From an uncultured Rhodoferax sp. (lineage in GTDB: Bacteria > Pseudomonadota > Gammaproteobacteria > Burkholderiales > Burkholderiaceae_C), in the NCBI GenBank assembly GCA_963508575.1, contig CAUOXL010000015.1, forward strand, positions 18,445 through 82,444: 64,000 bases of DNA, read 5' to 3'. Position numbers and translations under genes: made by a program. Position 1 is the stretch's first letter, and the number at the start of each line of letters is the position of its first letter. This document shows, in pieces, positions 10,045-20,314 of the stretch. The notes beneath the pieces were generated by a model. The model was not told where the DNA came from. It saw only the letters and a program-made list of their open reading frames with translations, and searched no databases.

Positions 10045-11271
10045 TCAAGACCGGTAGTCTGCGTTGATCGTGACGTAATCGTGGCTCAGATCACAGGTCC
10101 ACACGGTCTGGGTAGCATCGCCCCGGCCCAATCCGACACGTACGGTGATTTCGCTCTGCTTCATAATACGCTGACCATCTTCTTCGCGGTACGCCGGGTT
10201 CCGTCCCCCGCGCGTCGCGACATGAACATCGTCCAGAAACAGCTCGATCAGGCCCTGATCCAGATCCTCAATTCCAGCATAGCCGACCGCAGCAAGGATG
10301 CGCCCGAGGTTCGGGTCACTGGCAAAGAATGCGGTCTTCACCAAAGGGGAATGGGCTATTGCATACGCAGCCAGCCGGCATTCCGCCTCATTACGCCCGC
10401 CTTCGACCTTGACGGTAATGAATTTGGTAGCGCCCTCGCCGTCTCGCACAATCGCTTGAGCCAGCTTGCGGGCCACTTCCAAGAGCGCCGTCTTCAGTGC
10501 GCTAGCGGCAGGCGTATTCAAATCAGTAACAGGCGTGTTTCCTGCTTTGTTCGTCGCGATGACGAGCAAAGAGTCATTGGTCGATGTATCACCATCCACG
10601 GTGACGCGATTGAACGACCCTTCCGCTAACTCCTTTGCCAAGGATGTCATCACCGACTGATCGATGCAGGCATCGGTAGCGATAAAGCCCAACATGGTTG
10701 CCATATTGGGACGGATCATGCCCGCGCCCTTGCTAATGCCCGTCACTGATACCTGATGGCCATCCACCACCGCCGTGGCACTGAAAGCCTTAGGCTGGGT
10801 ATCCGTGGTCATGATGCCTTCGGCGGCCTTCAACCAGTTATCAGCGCGAGCATCCGCAATGGCGGCATCCATGCCCGCCACAATGCGGTCTACCGGCAGT
10901 TGCTCCATGATCACACCGGTTGAAAATGGCAAGACCTCCTTCGGCTGGATTCCAAGTTTGGATGCAAGGGCTACACAACTTTGCTGTGCGCGCGCCAAAC
11001 CATCTGCACCAGTGCCGGCATTGGCATTTCCGGTATTGATCAGGACGGCACGTGCAGCAGACAGGCCAAGATGTACACGACAGACTTGGACAGGCGCTGC
11101 GCAAAAACGATTAGTGGTGAACACACCACCCAAGCTGCAGCCAGCATCCAACAACATCACCGTCACGTCTTTTTTGCCTGCCTTACGTACACCTGCCTCA
11201 GTCACGCCGACGCGGACACCAGGAATAGGCAGAAGGTCTGCGGCAACAGGCAAAGGAAGATTTACTGGCAT
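10045..11271 (-). CDS. argJ: bifunctional ornithine acetyltransferase / N-acetylglutamate synthase
   Basis: 408 aa; autoprocessing region [13 protein letters not shown]. Confidence 0.95.
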   Translation of the reverse strand: MPVNLPLPVAADLLPIPGVRVGVTEAGVRKAGKKDVTVMLLDAGCSLGGVFTTNRFCAAPVQVCRVHLGLSAARAVLINTGNANAGTGADGLARAQQSCVALASKLGIQPKEVLPFSTGVIMEQLPVDRIVAGMDAAIADARADNWLKAAEGIMTTDTQPKAFSATAVVDGHQVSVTGISKGAGMIRPNMATMLGFIATDACIDQSVMTSLAKELAEGSFNRVTVDGDTSTNDSLLVIATNKAGNTPVTDLNTPAASALKTALLEVARKLAQAIVRDGEGATKFITVKVEGGRNEAECRLAAYAIAHSPLVKTAFFASDPNLGRILAAVGYAGIEDLDQGLIELFLDDVHVATRGGRNPAYREEDGQRIMKQSEITVRVGLGRGDATQTVWTCDLSHDYVTINADYRS

Positions 11272-11281
11272 GACGTGAGCC

Positions 11282-14035
11282 TCAGATAAGTTTGCCGTGG
11301 CATTGCTTGTACTTCTTACCGCTGCCGCATGGGCATGGATCGTTACGACCGACCCGCGGTATATCAGATGCAGAAGCTTGAACGGTGCTGCGGTCTACGG
11401 TAGTCTCTACCTCACCACTTTCAGTTGGTGCCGTGTAGGTCACATTCGAAATGCTTTCACCACGGGTTTCAATGGCATCTGCGGCCTGCTCCAACTGTTC
11501 GCTGGATTGAATTTTGACCGTCATCAAAATCTTAGTGACGTCGTTCTTCACCGAGTCCAGCAACTGACCGAACAATTCGAAAGCCTCGCGCTTGTATTCC
11601 TGTTTAGGCTGCTTTTGGGCATAACCACGCAGGTGAATACCCTGACGCAAGTAGTCCAAAGCGCTCAGGTGATCACGCCAATGGGTATCAATGCTTTGCA
11701 ACAACACCATACGCTCGAACTGGATGAAGTTGTCTTTCCCGACCAACTCAACTTTTGCATCGAACGCAACGTTTGCAGCCGTAGTGACAGACGCGACAAT
11801 TTCCTCATCCGTGATGGAGCTGGCATCCGCGACTTGCTTCTGCAGATCCAGCTGCAACTGCCAATCATCGACCAAGGCTTTTTGCAGTGTAGGAACGTCC
11901 CACTGTTCTTCTACCGACTCAACCGGCACGTATTGACGGACGATGTCCTCAAAAGCACCTTCCCGCAGACCCGCTATTTGTGCAGTGAGGTCTTGCGCAT
12001 CCAGAATAGCGTTGCGCTGCTGATAAATCACTTTGCGCTGGTCATTGGATACATCGTCGTACTCCAGCAACTGCTTGCGCATATCAAAGTTGCGCGCTTC
12101 CACTTTGCGTTGGGCGCTCTCAATGCTGCGTGTAACGATACCAGCTTCAATCGCTTCACCTTCTGGCATCTTCAAACGGTCCATGATGGACTTGACACGG
12201 TCACCTGCGAAAATGCGCATCAACGAATCATCGAGACTCAGATAGAAACGCGAAGAACCCGGATCTCCCTGGCGCCCGGAACGGCCACGCAGCTGGTTAT
12301 CAATGCGACGGGACTCATGGCGCTCTGTCGCAATAATGCGCAAGCCGCCTAGAGCCTTGATAGCTTCATGGTCCTTTTGCCACTGAGCACGCAATTTCGC
12401 AATCTTTGCTTGCTTCGCTGCTGTATCGAGAGACTCGTCAGCTTCCACTGCTTCAATGGCCTTGTCCATGTTGCCGCCCAACACGATGTCGGTACCGCGG
12501 CCTGCCATGTTGGTGGCAATCGTGATCATTTTGGCCCGGCCTGCCTGGGCCACGATATCAGCCTCACGGGCATGCTGCTTGGCGTTAAGCACTTGGTGTG
12601 GAAGCTTTTCTTTTTCCAACAACTGCGCAATGATTTCTGAGTTTTCGATGGACGTAGTGCCAACCAAGACAGGCTGACCGCGTTCGTAGCATTCCCGGAT
12701 ATCTTTGATCGCCGCTTCGTACTTTTCGCGGGTGGTTTTGTAGACGCGGTCCAACTGGTCTTCACGACGGCTAATCCGGTTCGGTGGAATGACTACCGTT
12801 TCAAGCCCGTAGATCTCTTGGAACTCATAGGCTTCAGTGTCAGCAGTACCGGTCATACCGGCCAGCTTGTTGTAAAGCCGGAAGTAATTCTGGAAGGTGA
12901 TGGAGGCTAGTGTCTGGTTTTCTGCCTGGATTTGCACACCCTCTTTAGCCTCAACCGCTTGGTGCAAGCCATCACTCCAGCGGCGACCGGACATCAGACG
13001 CCCTGTGAACTCATCCACGATAACAATTTCACCGTTTTGCACGACGTAATGCTGGTCACGGTGATACAGGTGATTGGCTCGCAGTGCTGCATACAAGTGA
13101 TGCATCAGCGTAATGTTCGCGGGGTCGTATAACGAAGACCCGGCTGGAATCAAGCCCAGCTCAGCAAAAATAGCTTCTGCAGCTTCATGCCCTTGCTCAG
13201 TCAAAAAGACCTGATGGCTCTTTTCGTCCAAAGTGAAGTCGCCAGGCTTGGTAATGCCTTGGCCGGTGATGGGGTCAGCCTCGCCTTCTTGCTTCACCAA
13301 CCGGGGTATCGCCTTGTTGATGGCAATGTACAGGTCCGTGTGGTCTTCCGCTTGCCCACTAATGATCAATGGCGTGCGCGCCTCATCAATCAGAATAGAG
13401 TCCACTTCGTCAACGATGGCGAAATTCAGCCCGCGTTGCACGCGATCGCCCGCTTCGTAGACCATGTTGTCACGCAGGTAGTCGAAACCGTATTCGTTAT
13501 TGGTACCGTAGGTGATGTCAGACGCGTAGGCTTGCTGTTTTTCTTCGCGCGGAGCCTGCGGTAAATTGATGCCGACTGTCAGGCCCAGGAAGTTATAGAG
13601 ACGCCCCATCCAGCGTGCATCGCGGCTTGCGAGATAGTCGTTTACGGTAACAACGTGTACGCCTTTTCCACTCAATGCATTCAGATAAACCGGCAGCGTC
13701 GCTGTCAGCGTTTTACCCTCACCGGTACGCATTTCTGAAACTTTTCCATAGTGCAGGGCCATACCGCCCAGCATCTGGACATCGAAGTGACGCATTTTCA
13801 TAATGCGTTTCGAGCCCTCCCGAACAACCGCAAAAGCTTCAGGAAGTATCGCATCCAGCGTCTCTCCACTCGCTACGCGTTCCTTGAACTCTTTTGTTTT
13901 CGCTCGGAGTGCGTCGTCGGTAAGTGTTTCAAACTGCGATTCAAGTGCATTGATACGGGCCACGACAGCACGATATTGCTTGAGCAAGCGGTCATTGCGA
14001 CTGCCAAAAATTTTGGTGAGGATGTTAATGGCCAT
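11282..14035 (-). CDS. secA: preprotein translocase ATPase SecA
   Basis: about 917 aa; N-terminus [15 protein letters not shown]; C-terminal zinc motif [14 protein letters not shown]; ATG at 14035 (the track uses TTG at 14038). Confidence 0.97.
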   Translation of the reverse strand: MAINILTKIFGSRNDRLLKQYRAVVARINALESQFETLTDDALRAKTKEFKERVASGETLDAILPEAFAVVREGSKRIMKMRHFDVQMLGGMALHYGKVSEMRTGEGKTLTATLPVYLNALSGKGVHVVTVNDYLASRDARWMGRLYNFLGLTVGINLPQAPREEKQQAYASDITYGTNNEYGFDYLRDNMVYEAGDRVQRGLNFAIVDEVDSILIDEARTPLIISGQAEDHTDLYIAINKAIPRLVKQEGEADPITGQGITKPGDFTLDEKSHQVFLTEQGHEAAEAIFAELGLIPAGSSLYDPANITLMHHLYAALRANHLYHRDQHYVVQNGEIVIVDEFTGRLMSGRRWSDGLHQAVEAKEGVQIQAENQTLASITFQNYFRLYNKLAGMTGTADTEAYEFQEIYGLETVVIPPNRISRREDQLDRVYKTTREKYEAAIKDIRECYERGQPVLVGTTSIENSEIIAQLLEKEKLPHQVLNAKQHAREADIVAQAGRAKMITIATNMAGRGTDIVLGGNMDKAIEAVEADESLDTAAKQAKIAKLRAQWQKDHEAIKALGGLRIIATERHESRRIDNQLRGRSGRQGDPGSSRFYLSLDDSLMRIFAGDRVKSIMDRLKMPEGEAIEAGIVTRSIESAQRKVEARNFDMRKQLLEYDDVSNDQRKVIYQQRNAILDAQDLTAQIAGLREGAFEDIVRQYVPVESVEEQWDVPTLQKALVDDWQLQLDLQKQVADASSITDEEIVASVTTAANVAFDAKVELVGKDNFIQFERMVLLQSIDTHWRDHLSALDYLRQGIHLRGYAQKQPKQEYKREAFELFGQLLDSVKNDVTKILMTVKIQSSEQLEQAADAIETRGESISNVTYTAPTESGEVETTVDRSTVQASASDIPRVGRNDPCPCGSGKKYKQCHGKLI

Positions 14036-14053
14036 CAATGCAAGCCTGAGTTA

Positions 14054-14072
14054 AAAGCCCACCATGGGCTTT
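14054..14072 (-). terminator. hairpin AAAGCCCA-N3-TGGGCTTT between the M23 peptidase gene and secA
   Basis: Perfect 8-bp stem read directly. On the minus strand it is followed by only a short T run, so it is either a weak terminator or a secA 5'-UTR structure. Confidence 0.4.
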
Positions 14073-14177
14073 GTGATCAGCGCAGTCCTTTTACTAATCG
14101 ATTTGATTTGGTGGCGCGATTCCAGAAGTCAAGTCTCTGCCCGAGACACTCTTTCCAATCGAGCTTAATCCACCATT

Positions 14178-15134
14178 TTAGCGTTGCGTTGCGACTGTCT
14201 TCGAAGCGCCGACTTGCGATGCAGCGAGACCTTTGCCGGCGCTCAGAAACTTTTGAGGATCCTGGGGTACTCCCTGCACCAGAACCTCAAAATGGAGATG
14301 AGGTCCGGTTGATCTGCCTGTATTGCCTACTTCAGCGATTCTTTGGCCACGCTTGATCAAATCACCCTTTTTCACAAGTATCTTGGAGGCATGGGCATAT
14401 CGCGTGATCAGGTTATTGCCATGATCCACCTCCAGCATGTTTCCGTACTGGGAGTGGAATTCTTGGGTCACCACCATTCCCCCTGCAGCAGCATAGATAG
14501 GTGTTCCGGGGGTAGCAGGAAAATCCAAACCGGTATGCAGCGCAGAGCGCCCCGTGATCGGATCGATGCGCCAACCAAATGTCGAACCCAAATTGGCATC
14601 CGGCACAGGAGTTTGGGTTGGCACCATCATTTTCTTGATTTTTTGTTCGAACAATCGAGACTCAATCACCGTCATCACATCGCTTCGCTGACTTGCAAGC
14701 CCATCCAGCGCCGTTAAAGTAGCATCCAGTTCTTCGAGCGTGAGATCGCGGCCACTGACAAGGGCCCCACCCTGACCTGGCTTGATGGCTATATCGGCTG
14801 GATTAATACCTGCCAAGCCAGACACACGCTCGCCGAGCGACTCTAACTGAAGCAGTTTGGCCTGCATCTCACCCAGACGCTTGGCCAACACTTCGATGTT
14901 CTCTTTCACGTATCGATCACGTTGTGCGAATTCATCCTTTACGACCAGTCGCACCAACGAGCCAATAATCGGCCACCCCTCGCGAGCACCTTTCATGAAA
15001 ACCCAGTGGTAAAGGCCCGCCGAAATCAGCATCAGACAGAGTGAGAGCAGCAATAACGACAACAACAACTTGACGCCGCTCAAATGAAAGGCTCGCGTTC
15101 TGGCCATCCACGCATCCGTGATAATCACTTGCAT
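14178..15134 (-). CDS. M23 family metallopeptidase, membrane anchored
   Basis: HTGLDF and GPHLHFEV M23 motifs; N-terminal TM; ATG at 15134 preferred over the longer ORF. Confidence 0.85.
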   Translation of the reverse strand: MQVIITDAWMARTRAFHLSGVKLLLSLLLLSLCLMLISAGLYHWVFMKGAREGWPIIGSLVRLVVKDEFAQRDRYVKENIEVLAKRLGEMQAKLLQLESLGERVSGLAGINPADIAIKPGQGGALVSGRDLTLEELDATLTALDGLASQRSDVMTVIESRLFEQKIKKMMVPTQTPVPDANLGSTFGWRIDPITGRSALHTGLDFPATPGTPIYAAAGGMVVTQEFHSQYGNMLEVDHGNNLITRYAHASKILVKKGDLIKRGQRIAEVGNTGRSTGPHLHFEVLVQGVPQDPQKFLSAGKGLAASQVGASKTVATQR

Positions 15135-15164
15135 CCAACCATTCCTTTGTTTTAGATTGCAGTC

Positions 15165-15485
15165 ATGATTAGAAACCATCGTTCCGTGACCGCACTCCAG
15201 GCCGCACATGAGTCGCCAACCTTAGCCTATTTAGCGGCCTTGACGGAAGAGTCCGCAGCTCGATTGAAAAGCATCCAGAGCTTGATTCCAAAATCCCTGC
15301 AAAGCAGCATCAAGGCTGGACCAATTGACGGACCTGTATGGTGCTTAATTTTGGAAAACAATGCGGTTTCCGCAAAGTTGCGGCAACTCATGCCTGCCAT
15401 ACAAGCACACCTGAGATCCAAAGGCTGGGAGGTTACCTCAATCCGCTTGAAGGTACAAATGTCGTCGCCATCATTGGGAAGATAA
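15165..15485 (+). CDS. DUF721 domain protein (DciA-like)
   Basis: 106 aa. The C-terminal part, WCLILENNAVSAKLRQLMPAIQAHL...IRLKV, resembles DUF721. Divergent from the M23-secA genes, as in the Pseudomonas lpxC-secA region (from memory). Confidence 0.55.
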   Translation: MIRNHRSVTALQAAHESPTLAYLAALTEESAARLKSIQSLIPKSLQSSIKAGPIDGPVWCLILENNAVSAKLRQLMPAIQAHLRSKGWEVTSIRLKVQMSSPSLGR

Positions 15486-15497
15486 CGAGAAGTGAAA

Positions 15498-15573
15498 TGG
15501 TGCCGGTTATCGGATTCGAACTGATGACCTACCGCTTACAAGGCGGTTGCTCTACCAACTGAGCTAAACCGGC
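15498..15573 (-). tRNA. tRNA-Thr (anticodon UGU)
   Basis: Reverse complement GCCGGTTTAGCTCAGTTGGTAGAGCAACCGCCTTGTAAGCGGTAGGTCATCAGTTCGAATCCGATAACCGGCACCA; 7-bp acceptor stem, anticodon loop CTTGTAA, encoded CCA. Confidence 0.92.
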
Positions 15574-15620
15574 ACGGGCTGGATTCTACCTCAGCCAAAA
15601 GCAAGTTCTGGGAACATTGC

Positions 15621-16109
15621 CTATTTAATTCGCGTTAGCGCAGGGCGACCACTTGCTGAGACAGGCTTCGGGTCTGCAGGTTTCTCCCCAATACTCCTTT
15701 GAGCATCCTCAGCAGGAGCAGATTCAGGCGATGGAGCGCTTGACGACGTCGCTTCTATTGAGGCCGTCTGGGAAGCGGACGGCAACGGGCCGAGAGGAAA
15801 TGCCATTCCCTGCCCATTCTCACGAGCATAAATAGCTAACACACGGCCAAGTGGGACGACGATATCCCGAGCGACTCCTCCAAAACGGCCTTTGAACTCA
15901 ATGTACTCATTGCCTAGCTTTAATGCACTGGTAGCATCAAAACTCACATTGAGAACGATTTCCCCATCCTTAACGAACTCCATAGGCACCCGCACCGACT
16001 CGTCGACATGCACTGCAATAAATGGCGTAAATCCATTGTCTGTGCACCACTCATAAAGCGCACGAATGAGATAAGGTCGAGTCGAAGGAGTATCCATGGT
16101 GTCCATCAT
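15621..16109 (-). CDS. sspB: ClpXP adaptor / stringent starvation protein B
   Basis: N-terminal RPYLIRALYEWCTDNGFTP; disordered acidic or Ser-rich tail; directly downstream of sspA. Confidence 0.85.
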   Translation of the reverse strand: MMDTMDTPSTRPYLIRALYEWCTDNGFTPFIAVHVDESVRVPMEFVKDGEIVLNVSFDATSALKLGNEYIEFKGRFGGVARDIVVPLGRVLAIYARENGQGMAFPLGPLPSASQTASIEATSSSAPSPESAPAEDAQRSIGEKPADPKPVSASGRPALTRIK

Positions 16110-16123
16110 AGAAGCCTAGACGC

Positions 16124-16735
16124 TTACTTGCGCATGACTTTTTCAGAAGGTGTCAATGCCTCAATGTAGGCGGGGCGCGAGAAGATGCGCTCAGCATACT
16201 TCAGCAATGGAGCGGCATTTTTACTCAGGTCTATACCGTAGTAATCCAAACGCCACAACAGTGGTGCGATCGCGACATCCAACATCGAGAAATTTTCGCC
16301 CAACATGTACTTATTCTTCAAGAACACCGGCGCTAGCTGGGTAAGTCGATCACGAATGTGCGCACGCGCTTTTTCCAAGGCTTTTTCATTTCCCTTGGAG
16401 GCACGCGCCTCCAAGGTGGTGACATGCACAAACAACTCTTTTTCGAAATTCAGCAAGAACAACCGAACACGTGCACGATCCACAGGATCCCCGGGCATCA
16501 GCTGAGGATGCGGGAAACGCTCATCAATGTATTCATTGATGATATTGGACTCATACAAAATCAAATCACGCTCAACCAAGATAGGTACTTGGCCATAGGG
16601 ATTCATCACACTGATGTCTTCGGGCTTGTTGTAGAGATCGACATCACGAATCTCAAAATCCATGCCCTTTTCGAACAAGACAAAGCGGCAGCGATGGGAA
16701 AAAGGGCAGGTTGTTCCTGAATACAGCACCATCAT
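16124..16735 (-). CDS. sspA: stringent starvation protein A (GST-like)
   Basis: 203 aa GST fold; petABC-sspA-sspB order typical of beta and gamma proteobacteria. Confidence 0.9.
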   Translation of the reverse strand: MMVLYSGTTCPFSHRCRFVLFEKGMDFEIRDVDLYNKPEDISVMNPYGQVPILVERDLILYESNIINEYIDERFPHPQLMPGDPVDRARVRLFLLNFEKELFVHVTTLEARASKGNEKALEKARAHIRDRLTQLAPVFLKNKYMLGENFSMLDVAIAPLLWRLDYYGIDLSKNAAPLLKYAERIFSRPAYIEALTPSEKVMRK

Positions 16736-16749
16736 GGCGAAAGACTCCT

Positions 16750-16790
16750 AAAAAATGAAAAAGAGTGGGACGCACCAGCGGACCCACTCT
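16750..16790 (-). terminator. rho-independent terminator after petC
   Basis: Minus strand AGAGTGGG-N13-CCCACTCT followed by TTTTTCATTTTTT. Confidence 0.7.
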
Positions 16791-16836
16791 GAACCTATCG
16801 CTGCCTACCGAAAAACACGACAGACAGCCGGAAGAA

Positions 16837-17592
16837 TTACTTCACATCCTTCCAAAATGCGGCATTCAAACGCCATGCAAACAGGGTCAAAACTGAGAGG
16901 AACAACAGCACCCATACACCCACACGGACGCGAGTATTTTGCGCTGGCTCGGCCATCCACTGCAGGTAATTCACCAAGTCACCAATGGTTTGATCATACT
17001 GTGCAGGCGTCATGGTCCCCGGGCTCACTTGTTGCCAGCCTTTGAACACATGCTCTTCATGCCCATGATTGCTGACTGTTTCGTAAATCGGCAGACGCTT
17101 TCCTTGCAGCTCCCAGAGAACATGAGGCATACCGACACTCGGAAACACCAAGTTATTCCAGCCAGTCGCCTTGGTTTCATCCACGTAATAAGTGCGCAGA
17201 TAGGTATACAGGTAATCAGCGCCTGTACCACCTGCTCCCGCGCGGGAACGCGCAATTACCGTCAGGTCCGGCGGATTTGCGCCAAACCAATCTTTGGCTT
17301 GGCGTGGGTCAATCGCGGCCTTCATAGTCTCACCGACTTTATCCGTCGTAAACAACAGATTGTCTTTAATCTGCTGATCAGTTAGCCCGATGTCTTTCAG
17401 ACGGTTGAAACGCATGAATGCTGCAGAGTGGCAGTTCAAGCAATAGTTAACAAATACTTTGGCGCCGTTTTGCAAGGAAGCCATGTCGTTGGTCCGGGAA
17501 GGCGCCTTGTCCCAGGCAATTCCGCTTGTCGCCGCATGAGCCCCGAAAGCGACCCCCAGAAACATCGCCACAGACAAAATATACTTTTTCAT
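16837..17592 (-). CDS. petC: cytochrome c1 (bc1 complex)
   Basis: Signal peptide, heme motif CLNCHS, C-terminal TM; ATG at 17592. Confidence 0.9.
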   Translation of the reverse strand: MKKYILSVAMFLGVAFGAHAATSGIAWDKAPSRTNDMASLQNGAKVFVNYCLNCHSAAFMRFNRLKDIGLTDQQIKDNLLFTTDKVGETMKAAIDPRQAKDWFGANPPDLTVIARSRAGAGGTGADYLYTYLRTYYVDETKATGWNNLVFPSVGMPHVLWELQGKRLPIYETVSNHGHEEHVFKGWQQVSPGTMTPAQYDQTIGDLVNYLQWMAEPAQNTRVRVGVWVLLFLSVLTLFAWRLNAAFWKDVK

Positions 17593-17610
17593 AAATCTTC
17601 TCTCTGGCAC

Positions 17611-19026
17611 TCAGTGTGCGACAAATGTCACACGGGATGGCACAGGCTTACTTTCGCCCAAAGTACTCCACCACGGCATCAACAAGAAAAAGCCGAAATA
17701 GAACAAGGTACCCACCTGAGAAACACGCTCACCGATAGGGGAAGGCGGCTGCACACCCAGATATGCCAAGACGACAAAGTTGATCACAAAAATTCCATAC
17801 AGATACTTGTGCCAGTCAGGGCGATAACGAATGGATTTGACGGGGCTATTGTCCAACCATGGAAGGAAAAACAGAATGACAACCGCCCCACCCATCACCA
17901 CCACACCCCAAAATTTGGCGTCAATAGACAGCATTGCAGCAGACACAATTACCGCCCCCCCGACTATGACCCCTTTAAAGAGACTGGGCAGTTTTGCCTT
18001 TACTACCCCAAAAGCCGCTGCAGCAATCACACAAGCAATCAACGCGTACATCATTTCACTTGTGATCGCGCGCAACATGGAATAGAACGGCGTGAAGTAC
18101 CAGACCGGCGCAATGTGTGCCGGAGTTTTCAAAGGGTCGGCAGGAATGAAGTTGTTGTATTCCAGGAAGTAACCGCCAAACTCGGGCGCGAAGAAGATGA
18201 TCGCAGTGAACACCATCAAAAACACGCTGACCCCGAAAATGTCGTGCACCGTGTAATACGGGTGAAATGGAACACCATCCAATGGATGGCCCTGAGCATC
18301 ACGTGGAGCATTGGGGCCTTTGATTTCTACGCCATCCGGATTGTTGGACCCGACATCGTGCAGAGCCAATAAATGGGCCACAACCAAGCCCAACAAGACC
18401 AAGGGCACGGCAATCACGTGGAAGCTAAAAAAGCGGTTCAAGGTCGCATCGCCGACCACGAAATCACCACGAATCAGCAGCGCAAGATCAGGCCCTACCA
18501 AAGGCACCGCAGCGAACAAGTTCACAATCACTTGCGCACCCCAGTAGGACATTTGACCCCAAGGAAGCAGATAGCCCATGAAAGCCTCCGCCATCAGGCA
18601 CAAGAAAATTGCACAACCAAAAACCCAAACCAATTCACGGGGCTTGCGGTAGCTGCCGTAAATCAACCCACGGAACATGTGCAGATAGACGACCACAAAG
18701 AAAGCTGACGCACCCGTAGAGTGCATGTAGCGGATCAGCCAACCCCAAGGTACATCTCGCATGATGTATTCCACAGAGCCGAAAGCCAGATTAGCATCCG
18801 GTTTGTAGTGCATCACCAAAAAGATGCCAGTAACGATTTGAATCACCAGCACCAGCAGTGCCAATGAGCCGAAGATGTACCAGAAGTTAAAGTTCTTCGG
18901 AGCGTAATACTCCGACATGTGCACCTTGTATGCATCGAAGGCCGTGGGAAAACGGTTCTCGAACCAGTTCGTCACTTTTTCGCCGGCAGACGCATTCGGG
19001 GAAATGTCCTTGAATTCACGGGCCAT
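17611..19026 (-). CDS. petB: cytochrome b (bc1 complex)
   Basis: 471 aa polytopic protein with conserved His pairs; ATG at 19026 (MAREFKD...). Confidence 0.95.
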   Translation of the reverse strand: MAREFKDISPNASAGEKVTNWFENRFPTAFDAYKVHMSEYYAPKNFNFWYIFGSLALLVLVIQIVTGIFLVMHYKPDANLAFGSVEYIMRDVPWGWLIRYMHSTGASAFFVVVYLHMFRGLIYGSYRKPRELVWVFGCAIFLCLMAEAFMGYLLPWGQMSYWGAQVIVNLFAAVPLVGPDLALLIRGDFVVGDATLNRFFSFHVIAVPLVLLGLVVAHLLALHDVGSNNPDGVEIKGPNAPRDAQGHPLDGVPFHPYYTVHDIFGVSVFLMVFTAIIFFAPEFGGYFLEYNNFIPADPLKTPAHIAPVWYFTPFYSMLRAITSEMMYALIACVIAAAAFGVVKAKLPSLFKGVIVGGAVIVSAAMLSIDAKFWGVVVMGGAVVILFFLPWLDNSPVKSIRYRPDWHKYLYGIFVINFVVLAYLGVQPPSPIGERVSQVGTLFYFGFFLLMPWWSTLGESKPVPSRVTFVAH

Positions 19027-19036
19027 GTTTAATTCC

Positions 19037-19651
19037 TCAGGCTTTCTTGTCTTCACCGATCAGCAACTTGCTGTCGGACAGGAACATATGCGGCGGCACT
19101 TCAAGGTTGTCTGGCGCGGGCTTGTTCTTGAAAACGCGGCCCGCCATATCGAATGTGGAACCATGACAGGGACACAAAAAGCCCCCCGCCCAGTTATCCG
19201 GCAAGGAGGGCTGTGCACCCGGCTGAAATTTGTCGGACGGTGAGCAACCCAAATGTGAGCAAATACCGACCGCAACAAATATCTCCGGCTTGATGGAGCG
19301 GCCTTCGTTGCGGGCGTACTCAGGCGTCAGCTCAGAAGGTTTGCGTTCGGACTTTGGATCTGCCAGTAAAGCATCACTCCCGGCTAAAGCTGCTACTTGC
19401 TCCGGGGTACGACGAACAATCCATACCGGCTTCCCCCGCCACTCCACGGTTACTTTTTCACCCGGCTGAAGCCCCGCAATGTCCACCTCTACCGCTGCGC
19501 CAGCCGCTTTGGCACGCTCAGATGGCTGAAATGTACTCACGAAGGGAATGGCGGTGGAAACACCGCCTACTGCACCAGCGCATCCGGTGGCGATCAACCA
19601 TGTCCGCTTGCTGGAGTCGAGCTTTTTGCTGTCGACAAGTGTTTCACTCAT
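19037..19651 (-). CDS. petA: ubiquinol-cytochrome c reductase Rieske Fe-S subunit
   Basis: Rieske boxes CSHLGC and CPCHGS; ATG at 19651. Confidence 0.95.
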   Translation of the reverse strand: MSETLVDSKKLDSSKRTWLIATGCAGAVGGVSTAIPFVSTFQPSERAKAAGAAVEVDIAGLQPGEKVTVEWRGKPVWIVRRTPEQVAALAGSDALLADPKSERKPSELTPEYARNEGRSIKPEIFVAVGICSHLGCSPSDKFQPGAQPSLPDNWAGGFLCPCHGSTFDMAGRVFKNKPAPDNLEVPPHMFLSDSKLLIGEDKKA

Positions 19652-19805
19652 GAGAATCCTCAATGAACATCGCTAGTAGGGTAGTGAGGAATTGTAGCTG
19701 AGCGCTGTAGGGTTATTCAATGCATTCAGGTTGCGCCTCCTATCAGGTCTTCGCCTAGTTTTCGGGGATACTCGCCTCTTTTATCAACTGGAGGGATGAA
19801 CTGTC

Positions 19806-20240
19806 ATGGCAATGTTGCAAGAATTCAAAGAGTTCGCTATCAAAGGCAACGTGGTTGACTTGGCGGTGGGTGTAATCATCGGCGGAGCCTTCGGCAAGAT
19901 CGTCGACTCGGTGGTGGGGGACCTGATCATGCCCCTCGTTGGTGCAGTCGTCGGAAAACTGGATTTCTCGAATTTGTTTTTAGTGCTGGGAAGCATTCCC
20001 CCGGGCACGGCAAGCACACTGGATGCGCTCAAGAAAGCCGGCGTCCCTGTCTTTGCCTATGGCAGCTTCATCACAGTGGCGGTGAACTTCGCCATTCTGG
20101 CGTTCATCATCTTCTTGATGATCAAGCAGATCAATCGCCTCAAAAAGAATGCACCAGCTCCTGCTGCAGAACCCGCGCCGGTCGTCACCCCTGAAGATGT
20201 GTTACTGCTGCGTGAAATCCGCGATAGCCTGAAAAAGTAA
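19806..20240 (+). CDS. mscL: large-conductance mechanosensitive channel
   Basis: [29 protein letters not shown]-terminus; 144 aa. Confidence 0.95.
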   Translation: MAMLQEFKEFAIKGNVVDLAVGVIIGGAFGKIVDSVVGDLIMPLVGAVVGKLDFSNLFLVLGSIPPGTASTLDALKKAGVPVFAYGSFITVAVNFAILAFIIFLMIKQINRLKKNAPAPAAEPAPVVTPEDVLLLREIRDSLKK

Positions 20241-20259
20241 GTCCCTCCGGGGGAGAGCA

Positions 20260-20314
20260 TTTGCTATATTCTTGATAGCAGCCTGCGCTTTATCCATGAG
20301 CGGAAGAGGCATAT
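20260..20314 (+). repeat. family-1 interspersed repeat, copy B
   Basis: TTTGCTAT-ATTCTTG-ATAGC-AGC-CTGCGC...GAGCGG-AAGAGGC. Fills the mscL/pdxA gap. Shares its 5' block with copies at 27028, 33101, 35367 and 53176. Confidence 0.65.

Noticed and set aside
14039-14177. secM-like regulatory leader ORF or long structured leader upstream of secA
   Set aside because: No ORF with an RBS exists in the 139-nt gap. Only one short hairpin is present, at 14054..14072.
15498-15573. tRNA-Thr as an integration site for a genomic island
   Set aside because: No integrase, no direct repeat of the tRNA 3' end that I can find nearby, and both flanks are core genes (DUF721 and sspB).
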